Assembly: GCA_039794085.1 (NCBI GenBank) | Contig: JBDIWC010000013.1 | Span: 20,401-84,400, forward strand | DNA length: 64,000 nucleotides | Reading direction: 5' to 3' | Source: Gemmatimonadales bacterium | GTDB taxonomy: Bacteria > Gemmatimonadota > Gemmatimonadetes > Gemmatimonadales > GWC2-71-9 | Shown here: piece after piece, positions 53,023-62,401 of the stretch | Layout: each line of letters begins with the position of its first letter | Numbering within the stretch: the stretch's first letter is position 1 | The notes under the pieces: model-generated | Databases searched by the model: none | Told to the model about the DNA's origin: nothing | Seen by the model: only the letters and a program-made list of their open reading frames with translations | Program-made: the position numbers and the translations under genes

Positions 53023-53935
53023 GACCGAAGTCGTCATCCTCGCCGGGGGGTTCCTCGCGGCCTCGGCCCGGGCCGCGACTCCGCTCCTCTGGGCCGCCCT
53101 CGGCGAGATGCTCACTGAACGAAGTGGAGTCATCAATCTCGGCGTCGAGGGAGCGATGCTGGCCGGAGCGCTGGCCGGCGCCATCGGGGGGATGGCCGGC
53201 GGCCCCTGGCTTGGCCTTGCCGCCGCCATGGCCGTGGGAGGGTTCGTCTCCCTGCTCTTTTCCCTCGTGGCCATCGTGGCCCGCGCCGACCAGATCATCA
53301 CCGGCACCGCCGTGACGCTCGGAGCCATCGGTGTCACCGGATTGGTGGCGCGCCGGGTCTTTGGCCCCGAAGGTCCGGGACTCGACCTCCCCCGCCTCGC
53401 CCCTCTCCCCATCCCCTTCCTGCACCGGATACCGATACTTGGAGAGGGACTCTTTTCCCAGGCGATCGTCTTTCCTCTCGGTGCGGTGGTCGCAGTCCTG
53501 CTCACCTGGGCTCTCTTCCGAACCCGGTGGGGATTGACGCTGCGGGCTGTCGGAGAAGAACCGGCCGCGGCCCGGACAGCCGGCGTGTCCGTCCCTGCCA
53601 CCCGCCTCCTCGCGACGGTGCTCGGAGGCATGGCCGCGGGGATCGGGGGAGGGTCCCTCGTTCTGGCCAACGTGGGGACTTTCACCGAAGAAATGACGGC
53701 GGGACGGGGGTTCATCGCCATCGCGATCGTGGTCCTGGGGCGCTGGCACCCCGTGGGGGTCCTCCTCGCCGCCTTCCTCTTCGGGATGGCGAGCGCCATG
53801 CAGTTTCTCTTTCAGGCCCTGGGGCTCGGGGTGCCCTACCAGATTTTCCTGATGTTTCCCTATCTGCTCGCTCTCGCGGCCCTGGCCGGCGCCGTGGGAC
53901 GGACTCGCGCTCCCGCGGCCCTCGGCAAGGCGTAG
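53015..53935 (+). CDS. ABC transporter permease (nucleoside type, BPD_transp_2)
   Basis: ERSGVINLGVEG, LRAVGEEP, GRGFIAIA, APAALGK. Confidence 0.9.
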   Translation: MPETEVVILAGGFLAASARAATPLLWAALGEMLTERSGVINLGVEGAMLAGALAGAIGGMAGGPWLGLAAAMAVGGFVSLLFSLVAIVARADQIITGTAVTLGAIGVTGLVARRVFGPEGPGLDLPRLAPLPIPFLHRIPILGEGLFSQAIVFPLGAVVAVLLTWALFRTRWGLTLRAVGEEPAAARTAGVSVPATRLLATVLGGMAAGIGGGSLVLANVGTFTEEMTAGRGFIAIAIVVLGRWHPVGVLLAAFLFGMASAMQFLFQALGLGVPYQIFLMFPYLLALAALAGAVGRTRAPAALGKA

Positions 53936-54079
53936 TCGACGACGTGGGACGGGGGAGGACCACCCCGGTGAGGGGTCCCTGACACTTTTTCCCGGGATCT
54001 TCGTCAGGGTTTCAATGGGTCCCGGGAGCCCAGGATACGGAGAGTCGTCCGCACCTCTTCTTCACAAGGACATCGAGAC

Positions 54080-54997
54080 GTGAGAACGCCTTCCTCGGCA
54101 TGGTGCCTGGTCGTGACGCTCCTTCCCATGCACTCGCCGACACTCCATGCAACGCAACCCCGGAGCGTGTCGGTGACCACCATCGCGAGCGACATCCCCG
54201 CCGGAACGGGAGGATTGGAGGTCGGTCCCGATGGGATGATCTACCACAGCGACTTCGGAGCCACGCTCAGCAGAGGCCCTCTGGGGACACGTGTGTTCCA
54301 GGTCACGCCCACCGGACAGGTGAGCGTGTTTGCGGAGGGACTTCAGGGAGCGTCGGGGAATGCGATGGCACCGGATGGCACCTTCTACCAATCGAACATC
54401 GGCGGGAATACCATCAGTACGATCGGGAGGGACGGTACGGTGCTCCCCTACGCGCAGGGACTGAAGAATCCCGTCGGCATCGTCGTCCACCCGGGCGGAG
54501 AACTTTCGGTGGCAAGTTGCGGAGACAACACCATCCGCCGCATTGATCGCTCCGGCGTGGTGTCGACTCTCTCGGCGGATTCGTTGTTGCAATGTCCGAA
54601 CGGTATCACCCTGGCGCCGGACGGGAACCTGTATGTGTCCAATTTCGGGAATGGAGACGTGGTGCGCATCTCGCCCGGGGGCGAAGCTACCCGTGTCGTG
54701 ACGCTTCCCGGCGGCAACAACGGCCACCTGCTCTTCGGCAACGGCGTGCTCTACGTCGTGGCCCGCAAGGCGCACCAGATCCACGTCGTGACCCTGAGTG
54801 GCCACGTCACCCTGCTGGCGGGGTCGGGCACCCGGGGCCACCGCGATGGCCCCGCACTCGAGGCCACGTTCTCGCTGCCCAACGACGTGGCCCTGAGTCC
54901 CGATGGCCGAACCCTCTATGTCAACGAGGTGGCTCCGGTGGTGGAGGGAGACCAGATCCTCACCCCCACCACGATCCGGGCCATCCATATGCCCTGA
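54080..54997 (+). CDS. Secreted NHL/SMP-30-like beta-propeller protein
   Basis: Signal peptide; PVGI, PNGITLAPDGNLYVSN, AGSGTRGHRDG, PNDVALSPDG. Confidence 0.8.
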   Translation: MRTPSSAWCLVVTLLPMHSPTLHATQPRSVSVTTIASDIPAGTGGLEVGPDGMIYHSDFGATLSRGPLGTRVFQVTPTGQVSVFAEGLQGASGNAMAPDGTFYQSNIGGNTISTIGRDGTVLPYAQGLKNPVGIVVHPGGELSVASCGDNTIRRIDRSGVVSTLSADSLLQCPNGITLAPDGNLYVSNFGNGDVVRISPGGEATRVVTLPGGNNGHLLFGNGVLYVVARKAHQIHVVTLSGHVTLLAGSGTRGHRDGPALEATFSLPNDVALSPDGRTLYVNEVAPVVEGDQILTPTTIRAIHMP

Positions 54998-55010
54998 GGC
55001 GAGATTCCAT

Positions 55011-55415
55011 TCAGGGACTCGAGAGCAGTCGGAAGCCCGCCTCCACGAAGTCGTCGTCGAACGCGAACGCGTCGGCAATGCCTTCGCCTGCCATCACCAC
55101 AAAGCTGGTGCAGTCCACCAGACTCACTCGGCGCCGGTCCATGTGCATCAACCGGTGCATCGCTCGATCATGCAGGGGTTCCGTAACCCAGCGAACGTCG
55201 AGCAAGGGGACCACCGCCCGATGCAGGTCGCTCACGGCGGACATGCCAATCCGCCGTTGTAGAAGTGCGATACTCTCCAGCAGAACGTAGTTCGTCGTGA
55301 CGAGACGCACCTCGCGGGTCACCAGTTCCTGGAAGAGTTCTGTGGCAGACGGGTGCACCACCTCGGTCCGCACCAGCAGCGCGTAGAGAGCCGACGTGTC
55401 GACAAAGACCGTCAT
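55011..55415 (-). CDS. vapC: PIN-domain (VapC family) toxin
   Basis: VFVDTSAL, TTNYVLLE, SLVDCTSF, FAFDDDF. Confidence 0.92.
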   Translation of the reverse strand: MTVFVDTSALYALLVRTEVVHPSATELFQELVTREVRLVTTNYVLLESIALLQRRIGMSAVSDLHRAVVPLLDVRWVTEPLHDRAMHRLMHMDRRRVSLVDCTSFVVMAGEGIADAFAFDDDFVEAGFRLLSSP

Positions 55416-55669
55416 TCGCCATACCCGGTATCCAGAAACTCGTCATGCCGCCGCGCAACATCGGACGATTCGGCCCGATCGGCATACTTGCCCAGGATGC
55501 TCCGGACCTCCCGGACACGATCGGCCCGGGACGGGGCTGCGTCGACTCCCGCCAGATGCCCCGTCACGCATCGCCGAACCGCCTCGGCCAGGGAAATACC
55601 CCGCTCCTGAGCCCACGACTTGAGCCTGCGGTGTTGAGCCTCCGTGAGCTGCACTTGGGTCCGAATCAT
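55412..55669 (-). CDS. CopG/RHH antitoxin
   Basis: MIRTQVQLT..GISLAEAVRRCV; SDVARRHDEFL. Confidence 0.88.
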   Translation of the reverse strand: MIRTQVQLTEAQHRRLKSWAQERGISLAEAVRRCVTGHLAGVDAAPSRADRVREVRSILGKYADRAESSDVARRHDEFLDTGYGE

Positions 55670-55675
55670 GATGGT

Positions 55676-55704
55676 ATTCTAATACCACCATGATGGTATA
55701 TCAA
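55676..55704 (-). promoter_or_regulatory. Sigma70 promoter and operator of TA operon 3 (leaderless)
   Basis: TTGATA-17 nt-TAGAAT-6 nt-ATG; near-palindrome taccatcatggtggta and repeated ataccatcatg. Confidence 0.75.
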
Positions 55705-55735
55705 CATGTCACGTGTACCTCGGAGAGAGCGAAGG

Positions 55736-55920
55736 ACCACGAAAACCACCAAAAACCACCAAATAGCATCAAGAACGCACCGGTTTTCGTGCGTTTTCGT
55801 GTCTTTCGTGGTTCCTGATCGACCTGCCCGGGTCGCCTGCCCCTGGGCTGTTGCGAGAACACGCCTGAGCGCACCCCGATTCCTCCTCCTTCGAACTTCA
55901 AACTTCCGCCTTCAAACTTC
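55736..55920. repeat. REP-like palindrome plus CTTCAAA-type heptamers
   Basis: accacgaaaaccaccaaaaaccaccaaa ... tttcgtgtctttcgtggtt; cttcgaacttcaaacttc (also at about 62209-62226). Confidence 0.75.
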
Positions 55921-55922
55921 CC

Positions 55923-56015
55923 TCAGCCCGAGGCGGACACCAGCACGATCACCGTCACCACCACACCGATCCCCACCTTGCTCCCGGTGGCCACCACCTG
56001 TCCGATGAGCGCTCC
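55923..56015 (-). pseudogene. Orphan C-terminal membrane-helix remnant (possibly DUF456-like)
   Basis: GALIGQVVATGSKVGIGVVVTVIVLVSASG*. Confidence 0.4.
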
Positions 56016-56023
56016 ACCTGGCC

Positions 56024-56247
56024 TCGCCATCGCGATCGTGGTCCTGGGGCGCTGGCACCCCGTGGGGGTCTTCCTCGCCGCATTCCTCTTCGGAATGGCG
56101 AGCGCCATGCAGTTCCTCTTCCAGGCGCTGGGGCTCGGGGTGCCGTACCAGATCTTCCTGATGCTTCCCTACCTGCTCGCTCTGGCCGCTCTGGCCGGAG
56201 CGGTCGGCGGCACCCGCGCGCCCGAGTCGCTCGGGAAGAAGGCGTGA
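56024..56247 (+). pseudogene. Second copy of the 3' end of permease 53015-53935
   Basis: Matches 53715-53935 with mostly third-position changes. Confidence 0.92.
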
Positions 56248-56392
56248 CCGTTGGCCGCGTGACGTGGAAAGCGCGGCCGGGTTAGTGGGTGACGATCGCG
56301 TTTCATTGCCCGGCGACCGCCGACTCCAACACATGGCCGTCCCGCGATCACCCCCACATTTCGTATACCCCGGGGCGTGGGGCGAGCGTCGC

Positions 56393-58771
56393 TCAGTGGT
56401 CCAGCGCCTCCCGCACCTGCCGCGCCAGAGCCTCCACCGAGTACGGTTTCGGGATCAGGCGAGCCCGCTGCTCCAGCAACTGGGTCTGGAGCAGCGTGTC
56501 ATCGGTGTAGCCGGAGGTGTACAGGACCTTGATCCCGCATCGGGCTGCGGTCACGCGTTCCGCGACCTCACGCCCGCTCATGTCTGGCATGACCACGTCC
56601 GTCAGCAACAGGTGGAGCGTCTCACCGGATGACTCGACCACTCGAAGCGCCTCGGAGCCGTTCGCCGCAGCGAGTACCTTATATCCAAGAGAGCGGAGCA
56701 GGCGCGTGGCCACCTTGCGGACGTTCTCGTCGTCCTCGACGACGAGCACGGTCTCGTGGCCCCGGGGCAGGTCCGTCGTCGAGTCGCGCCCTCGTTCCCC
56801 TTCCTCATCATCGGCCACCCGCGGGAGGAACACCCGCATGGTCGTTCCGGCTCCCGGCTGAGACTCGACCACGATGTCTCCGCCTGCCTGCTGCGCGATC
56901 CCGCGGCTGGTGGCCAGGCCCAGGCCCGTGCCCTTGCCGGGGTCTTTGGTGGTGAAGAACGGTTCGAAGACCCGCGCGCGTACCTCGTCGGTCATGCCGG
57001 CGCCGGTGTCGCTCACCGTGAGCGTCACGTAGGACCCGGCGGCCAGCCCCTCGCGAGCTTCGTCCAGATCCACCGTGCCCGTCTCCAGCGTGAGGCGACC
57101 ACCCCTGGGCATGGCGTCCCGGGCGTTGACGGCGAGGTTCATCACCACCTGCTCGACCTGGCCACGGTCGGCCAGGACGGACCCCGCGCCGGGAGCGAGC
57201 CGCGTGACCAGGTCCACCTGCTCACCCACCAGCCGCCGCAGCATGCTCCCCATCTCGCTGACCACGTCGTTCAAGGGGAAGGCCCTCGGCTCCGCGAGTT
57301 GGCGGCGGGAAAACGCCAGGAGCTGGCGCGTGAGTCCGCTCGCCCGCTCTCCCGCCCGGCGAATCGCCAGGACCGCCTCCTGGAACGGCGAGTCCTCGCC
57401 GAGATCCTCGCCCAGGAGCTCCGCCTCGGTGAGGATCACCGTCAACAGGTTGTTGAAGTCATGAGCGACACCGTCGGCCAGGAGCCCAACGGCCTCAAGC
57501 TTCTGGGCCTGCAGGAACTGAAGCTGGGCCAGCTTTCGCCCCGTGATGTCCCGGGCCACGCCCACGATGCGCTCCACGCTGCCGTCCCTGCCGAACACCG
57601 GGTACGCGGTATCGCGGATCCAACGCACCTCACCGTCGGGCCGGACGATGCGGTACTCTTCGTCGTACGACCCCTGAGTTTGCCGTGTGGCCGCCTCCTG
57701 GAGGACACGGTCGCGATCGTCGGGATGAATGGCCTCGACCCAGCTCAGTGACGATGCGTAGAGGGTCTCCCGCGGCCTTCCCCAGATCGCCTCGTAGGCC
57801 GGGCTCACATAGGACACCTGGTTCTTCACCGGGTCGGTGACCCAGAACACTTCCCGAATCGTCTCGGTCAGCTCCCGAAACCGTTCCTCGCTGGCACGCA
57901 GCTCGGCCTCGGCCCGGAGGCGGGCCGTCACGTCGTGGGCCAGGACCATCTCCGCCTTGAGCCCCCCGAAGTCGAGCGCGTGGGACGTGATCTCGACGTC
58001 GATGAGCGTCCCGTCGCGCTTGCGATGTCGCCACAGCACATCCCTGATGATCCCGGAGTCCACGGTTCCGACGGCCGCCATCAGGCTCGGCAGGTTCTCC
58101 TGTGGACCGATGTCCGCAATAGTCATGGCGAGAAACTCGTCGCGCGTGTAGCCGTAATGCGCGACCGCTGCGTCGTTGACCGCCAGGAAGCGGAGCGCTT
58201 CCAGGTCGTACACCCACATGGGGTTGGGGTTGGCTTCGAACATCTGACGGTACCGAGCCTCGCGGGCCCCCAGCTCCCGGTTGGCCTCCCCCAGCTCACG
58301 GGCCTTCTTTTCCAGCTTGCGAACGAGCGTCGCGCTGTACTGTTCGAGGTGGGCGCTCGGATCCATCATCTCCGAAACGGGACGTGCGGCGGATCCCATG
58401 TGCACCAGCGCCATGACCTCGTTGACGCTACTCAGGAAGGCGTCGGGCTCGGCGGGCTTCACGATGAACGCGTCGGCTCCCATGTCGCGGGCTAGTTGCT
58501 CGTCGCGGGGGTCGGTGTAGGTGGCCGTGTAGACGATGAACGGGATACCCGCCAGCTCCGGGTCCGCCTTCCACTGCCGCAGCAGGGTATAGCCGTCCAT
58601 GACCGGCATGAGAAGATCCGAGATCACGAGGTCCGGCACTTCCTGCCGTGCCAAGGTGAGGGCTTCGGCTCCGTGCCGGGCTTCCCCCACCTCCCACCCA
58701 TGGCCACGCAGAAGAACCCCCAGGAGGTCCCTGTTCTCAGCCCGGTCGTCGACGATCAGCGCCCGGCTCAT
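56393..58771 (-). CDS. Hybrid histidine kinase REC-PAS-PAS-HisKA-HATPase-REC
   Basis: ALIVDD, SDLLMP, VAHDFNNLL, NLAVNARDAM, GTGLGL, LTDVVMP. Confidence 0.95.
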   Translation of the reverse strand: MSRALIVDDRAENRDLLGVLLRGHGWEVGEARHGAEALTLARQEVPDLVISDLLMPVMDGYTLLRQWKADPELAGIPFIVYTATYTDPRDEQLARDMGADAFIVKPAEPDAFLSSVNEVMALVHMGSAARPVSEMMDPSAHLEQYSATLVRKLEKKARELGEANRELGAREARYRQMFEANPNPMWVYDLEALRFLAVNDAAVAHYGYTRDEFLAMTIADIGPQENLPSLMAAVGTVDSGIIRDVLWRHRKRDGTLIDVEITSHALDFGGLKAEMVLAHDVTARLRAEAELRASEERFRELTETIREVFWVTDPVKNQVSYVSPAYEAIWGRPRETLYASSLSWVEAIHPDDRDRVLQEAATRQTQGSYDEEYRIVRPDGEVRWIRDTAYPVFGRDGSVERIVGVARDITGRKLAQLQFLQAQKLEAVGLLADGVAHDFNNLLTVILTEAELLGEDLGEDSPFQEAVLAIRRAGERASGLTRQLLAFSRRQLAEPRAFPLNDVVSEMGSMLRRLVGEQVDLVTRLAPGAGSVLADRGQVEQVVMNLAVNARDAMPRGGRLTLETGTVDLDEAREGLAAGSYVTLTVSDTGAGMTDEVRARVFEPFFTTKDPGKGTGLGLATSRGIAQQAGGDIVVESQPGAGTTMRVFLPRVADDEEGERGRDSTTDLPRGHETVLVVEDDENVRKVATRLLRSLGYKVLAAANGSEALRVVESSGETLHLLLTDVVMPDMSGREVAERVTAARCGIKVLYTSGYTDDTLLQTQLLEQRARLIPKPYSVEALARQVREALDH

Positions 58772-59154
58772 GATGGCCCCCTTGCGGCGTCGGTGAGCTG
58801 GCTGCGGACCTCGTTCACAAAAGTGTCGGGGTTGATGGGCTTCTCGATATAACCGGTGCAACCTGCCGCCAGCGCCTTCTCGCGGTCACCGTGCATGGCG
58901 TGAGACGTAACCGCCACCATGGGAACCCCCGCGAGGGAGGGGTTGGCGCGCAGCGCCGCCGTCACGGCGTAGCCATCCATGCCCGGCAATTGGATGTCGA
59001 TGAGGATGATGTCGAAGGGCTCCCGGGACGCGCAATCGATCCCCGACGGACCGTCAGGCGCGTGGGTCACGTGGAAACCGTCGTGCTCGAGGAGGTACGT
59101 GGCCAGGTACCGGTTCGCCTCGTTGTCCTCGATCATGAGCACACGGCCGGTCAT
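58768..59154 (-). CDS. Single-domain response regulator (DivK-like)
   Basis: MIEDNEAN, IDIQLPGMDG, VTSHAM, YIEKPI; ATGA overlaps on both sides. Confidence 0.93.
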   Translation of the reverse strand: MTGRVLMIEDNEANRYLATYLLEHDGFHVTHAPDGPSGIDCASREPFDIILIDIQLPGMDGYAVTAALRANPSLAGVPMVAVTSHAMHGDREKALAAGCTGYIEKPINPDTFVNEVRSQLTDAARGPS

Positions 59155-61610
59155 AGGGTCTCCGCGTCGCGGGGGAGCCGGAGTGTGAAGGTGCTGCCCG
59201 TGCCCGGCGTGCTGCGGACCGTGAGCGTCCCTCCGAGCAGGTCCGCCAGGCTCCGGCTGATGGCGAGCCCCAGGCCCGTGCCCTCGTGGTGCCGCGAGAT
59301 CGTGCCGTCCACCTGCTGGAACGGGCGAAACACCCGGTCGAGATCGCCGGGGTGGATCCCGATCCCCGTGTCCTCCACGGAGACCTCCACCCACCGTCCC
59401 TCGCCGACGACCGCGCAGGTGACGTGTACGGACCCGGCATCCGTGAACTTGATGGCGTTGCCCGCCACGTTGAGGAGGATCTGCGCCACGCGCCGCCGGT
59501 CGCTCACCACGAGGCCGGTGCCCGGATCCACGCGCACGTGGAGGGCGAGGCCCTTCGCCCTGGCCTGCGGTGCCACGGACCGCCCCACGGTCTCCACCAC
59601 CTCGGCAAGCGGGAAGGGGGCGTGTGCGAGACCCAACTGCCCCGCCTCGATCTTCGAGAGATCGAGCACGTCGTTGATGAGCTCAAGGAGGTGTCGGGCA
59701 CCATTCTGCACCATGCCCAGTTGGCGTCGCTGCTCCTCGTTCAAAGGGCCGGGAAGTTCCTGCAGGAGCACCCCGGTGAAGCCGATGACCGAATTGAGCG
59801 GCGTGCGCAACTCGTGGGACATGGTGGCGAGGAACGCCGACTTGACCCGGTCCGCATCCTGGGCCCGCCGCATGGCCGCCTCCAGCTCCCGAGTCCGTGC
59901 GGCGATCCGCTGCTCCAGCTCGGCGTTGAGTTCCTGGAGGTCCAGCTCAGCCCGTTTGCGCTCCGTGACGTCCTCGGAGAAGATCACGATTCCGCCCACC
60001 ACGTCGTCTCTGAGGAACCAGGGACGGACCTCCCAGCGGAGCCACCGCATGGTGCCGTCGGCGCGCACGAAGACATCATCATCGGCCCGGACGACCTCGC
60101 CCGTCATGGCGCGCCGGTGGATCTTCCGCCATTCCTCTGTGATCTCCGGGAAGATCTCGTAGTGGGACCGGCCATGGACGTCCGCGCCATCGAGGCCATA
60201 ATCGGTGAGCCATCGCCTGCTCACCGCAAGGTAACGCATCTGTTCATCGAACATGGCCAGCGCCGCGGGCGCGTGCTCGATGAAGAGGCGGAGACGCTCC
60301 TGGCTCTGGCGGAGCGCACCCTCCTCGATGCTCCGCGAGATCGCGACGGCCGCCGTATGGGTCACCGCCTCGATGGCGTCCAACTGCTCCTGGAAAGGGC
60401 GGCCCGGTGCCCGATAGTACATCGCGAACGTGCCGAGGACGGTTCCCGCCCGGTCAAAGATGGGGGTGGACCAACACGCCCGGAGGCCGTGGGCCAGCGC
60501 GAGGTCCCGGTCGCCCGCCCAGAGCGGGTCGACGGCGATGTCCTCCACGATGACTTGCTCCCTCCGGAACACGGCGGTGCCGCACGCACCCGCCCGCGGC
60601 CCGATGGGCTCCCCGTCAATGGCGCTCCAGTACTCCCGGGGAAGGCTGGGCGCCGCGCCGTGCCGCACGCGTTGACCGTCGGGGTCCAGGAGCAGGATGG
60701 AGGCCAGCATGCCGGGGAATTGCTCCTCCACGATGCGCACCAGGGCGTCGAGTATCTCGCCAAGTGGGGCGCCCCGCACCACCATCTCCAGCACCTGGTT
60801 CTGTCCCTTCACCATCATCTTGGCACGGCGCCGCGCCGTCACGTCGGTGAAGTAGATGGCAACGCCGTCCTCGAAGGGATAGATCCGGTTCTCGTACCAT
60901 CGGGACCAGGGCGGGTAGTACTCCTCCAGCACTTCAGCGACCTGCGTCGCCAGGACCCGCAGGTAGGCTTTGTGGAAGGGCTGGTCCACACCTTCGGGGA
61001 ACTCCGTCCAGATGTGCTTGCCCACGAGATCTTCTGGGCTCCGACCGAATATGGCGGCGGCCTTGGAGTTGACGTAGGTGTATCGCCACCCTCCGTCCAG
61101 CGCCACGAAGCCATCCGAGGTGGCCTCGAGGATGGCCGACTGGCGCCGGTGGGCCGCGAGAAGGGCCTCGTCCGCCCGCCTCCGCTCCGTGACGTCCACA
61201 TGGGATCCGAGCATGCGGACCGCCCGCCCCTCATCGTCGAGTTCCAGAGCGGCCTGGCACAGGATCCAGCGGTACGAGCCATCCCGGTGCCGGAAGCGGA
61301 ACTCGACGTGGTAGTCGTCCCAGGGGTGCTCGATGAAGGCCTTGATCGTCCGGAGCGTCCGCTCCAGGTCCTCGGGGTGGACACGCTCCTCCCACTCGGA
61401 GAGGCCGTTTCCGAGCTCATGGTCCTCGTACCCGATCTGGCGCTTCCATTCCGGGGAGAAGAACACGGTGTTGGTGCGGAGGTCCCAGTCCCACAGGCCC
61501 ACGTTGGCCGCCCCGATGGCCAGGCGCAGCCGTGCGTGGTCCGTGCCCGCCGCGCCACCCTCACGCCCGGAGAGGGACGGTACAACTTCCTTCCTGTCCT
61601 CATGGTCCAT
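59151..61610 (-). CDS. Sensor histidine kinase PAS-PAS-GAF-PAS-HisKA-HATPase
   Basis: GLWDWD, ACWSTPI (GAF), MSHELRTPLNS, NAIKFT, GTGLGL. Confidence 0.95.
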   Translation of the reverse strand: MDHEDRKEVVPSLSGREGGAAGTDHARLRLAIGAANVGLWDWDLRTNTVFFSPEWKRQIGYEDHELGNGLSEWEERVHPEDLERTLRTIKAFIEHPWDDYHVEFRFRHRDGSYRWILCQAALELDDEGRAVRMLGSHVDVTERRRADEALLAAHRRQSAILEATSDGFVALDGGWRYTYVNSKAAAIFGRSPEDLVGKHIWTEFPEGVDQPFHKAYLRVLATQVAEVLEEYYPPWSRWYENRIYPFEDGVAIYFTDVTARRRAKMMVKGQNQVLEMVVRGAPLGEILDALVRIVEEQFPGMLASILLLDPDGQRVRHGAAPSLPREYWSAIDGEPIGPRAGACGTAVFRREQVIVEDIAVDPLWAGDRDLALAHGLRACWSTPIFDRAGTVLGTFAMYYRAPGRPFQEQLDAIEAVTHTAAVAISRSIEEGALRQSQERLRLFIEHAPAALAMFDEQMRYLAVSRRWLTDYGLDGADVHGRSHYEIFPEITEEWRKIHRRAMTGEVVRADDDVFVRADGTMRWLRWEVRPWFLRDDVVGGIVIFSEDVTERKRAELDLQELNAELEQRIAARTRELEAAMRRAQDADRVKSAFLATMSHELRTPLNSVIGFTGVLLQELPGPLNEEQRRQLGMVQNGARHLLELINDVLDLSKIEAGQLGLAHAPFPLAEVVETVGRSVAPQARAKGLALHVRVDPGTGLVVSDRRRVAQILLNVAGNAIKFTDAGSVHVTCAVVGEGRWVEVSVEDTGIGIHPGDLDRVFRPFQQVDGTISRHHEGTGLGLAISRSLADLLGGTLTVRSTPGTGSTFTLRLPRDAETL

Positions 61611-61712
61611 GGTCGCCACCCTGAGCGGCGCTCGGAATGAGAGACGGTGGCCTGGCAGCACGATAGTAGGGTGTCATGGATCCCGGCAAGCCCCCCAGGA
61701 TCTGGTGGAGGA

Positions 61713-61895
61713 CTCGCCGCATTCCTCTTCGGGATGGCGAGCGCCATGGAGTTCCTCTTTCAGGCATTGGGGCTCGGGGTCCCCCGTCAGATCTTCCTCA
61801 GGCTTCCGTATCTTCTGGATCTTCTGGCCCTTGCAGTCCTGGCCGGCGCCGTGGGACGGACCGGCGCCCCCGCAGCCCTGGGGAAAGGAAGTTGA
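61713..61895 (+). pseudogene. Third, more decayed copy of the permease 3' end
   Basis: LAAFLFGMASAMEFLFQALGLGVPRQIF..APAALGKGS*; 9-bp internal duplication. Confidence 0.9.
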
Positions 61896-61904
61896 AGGAA
61901 GGTG

Positions 61905-62206
61905 TGGTGCATTCAGTGGGTCGATGCAACATCTTCCTTCGAACTCCTCCACGCCTTCACGATCGCCACCGGGGTCCAGGTCTACTTCTGCGATCCGCAG
62001 AGTCCCTGGCAACGCGGGACGAACGAGAACACGAACGGGCTGCTCCGGCAATACTTTCCGAAGGGCACCGATCTGTCCCGCGTTCCCCAGCGCACGCTCA
62101 ACCGGGTCGCCGACGTGCTCAACGGCCGACCCCGGAAGACACTGGGGTTTCTCACCCCGGCGGAAGTCTTTCACCAAGAGCTGTTGCATCGATCCTTGAA
62201 CCCGCA
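61905..62206 (+). mobile_element. Internally deleted IS30-family element
   Basis: [39 protein letters not shown]; inverted ends tcgatgcaaca (61921-61931) / tgttgcatcga (62182-62192). Confidence 0.85.
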
Positions 62207-62401
62207 ACTTCGAACTTCAAACTTCCCCCTCGTGTCTTCGCGTGAGTTTTTGCACGCTCGACCATGGACCCCGGCGTCCGCGGGGGTGACGCGTCGGCAC
62301 GTGCTCCGGAGACCCGGATTTTCATTGCCCCCTGTTCATCGGTTATTGTTCCCTGTTCCTTTGTCCATTGTTCCTTGTCCATCCATCCGGGAGATCGGTT
62401 C

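Noticed and set aside
53715..61895. Diversity-generating retroelement TR/VR pair
   Set aside because: Differences between copies are mostly synonymous, not adenine-specific, and no reverse transcriptase is present
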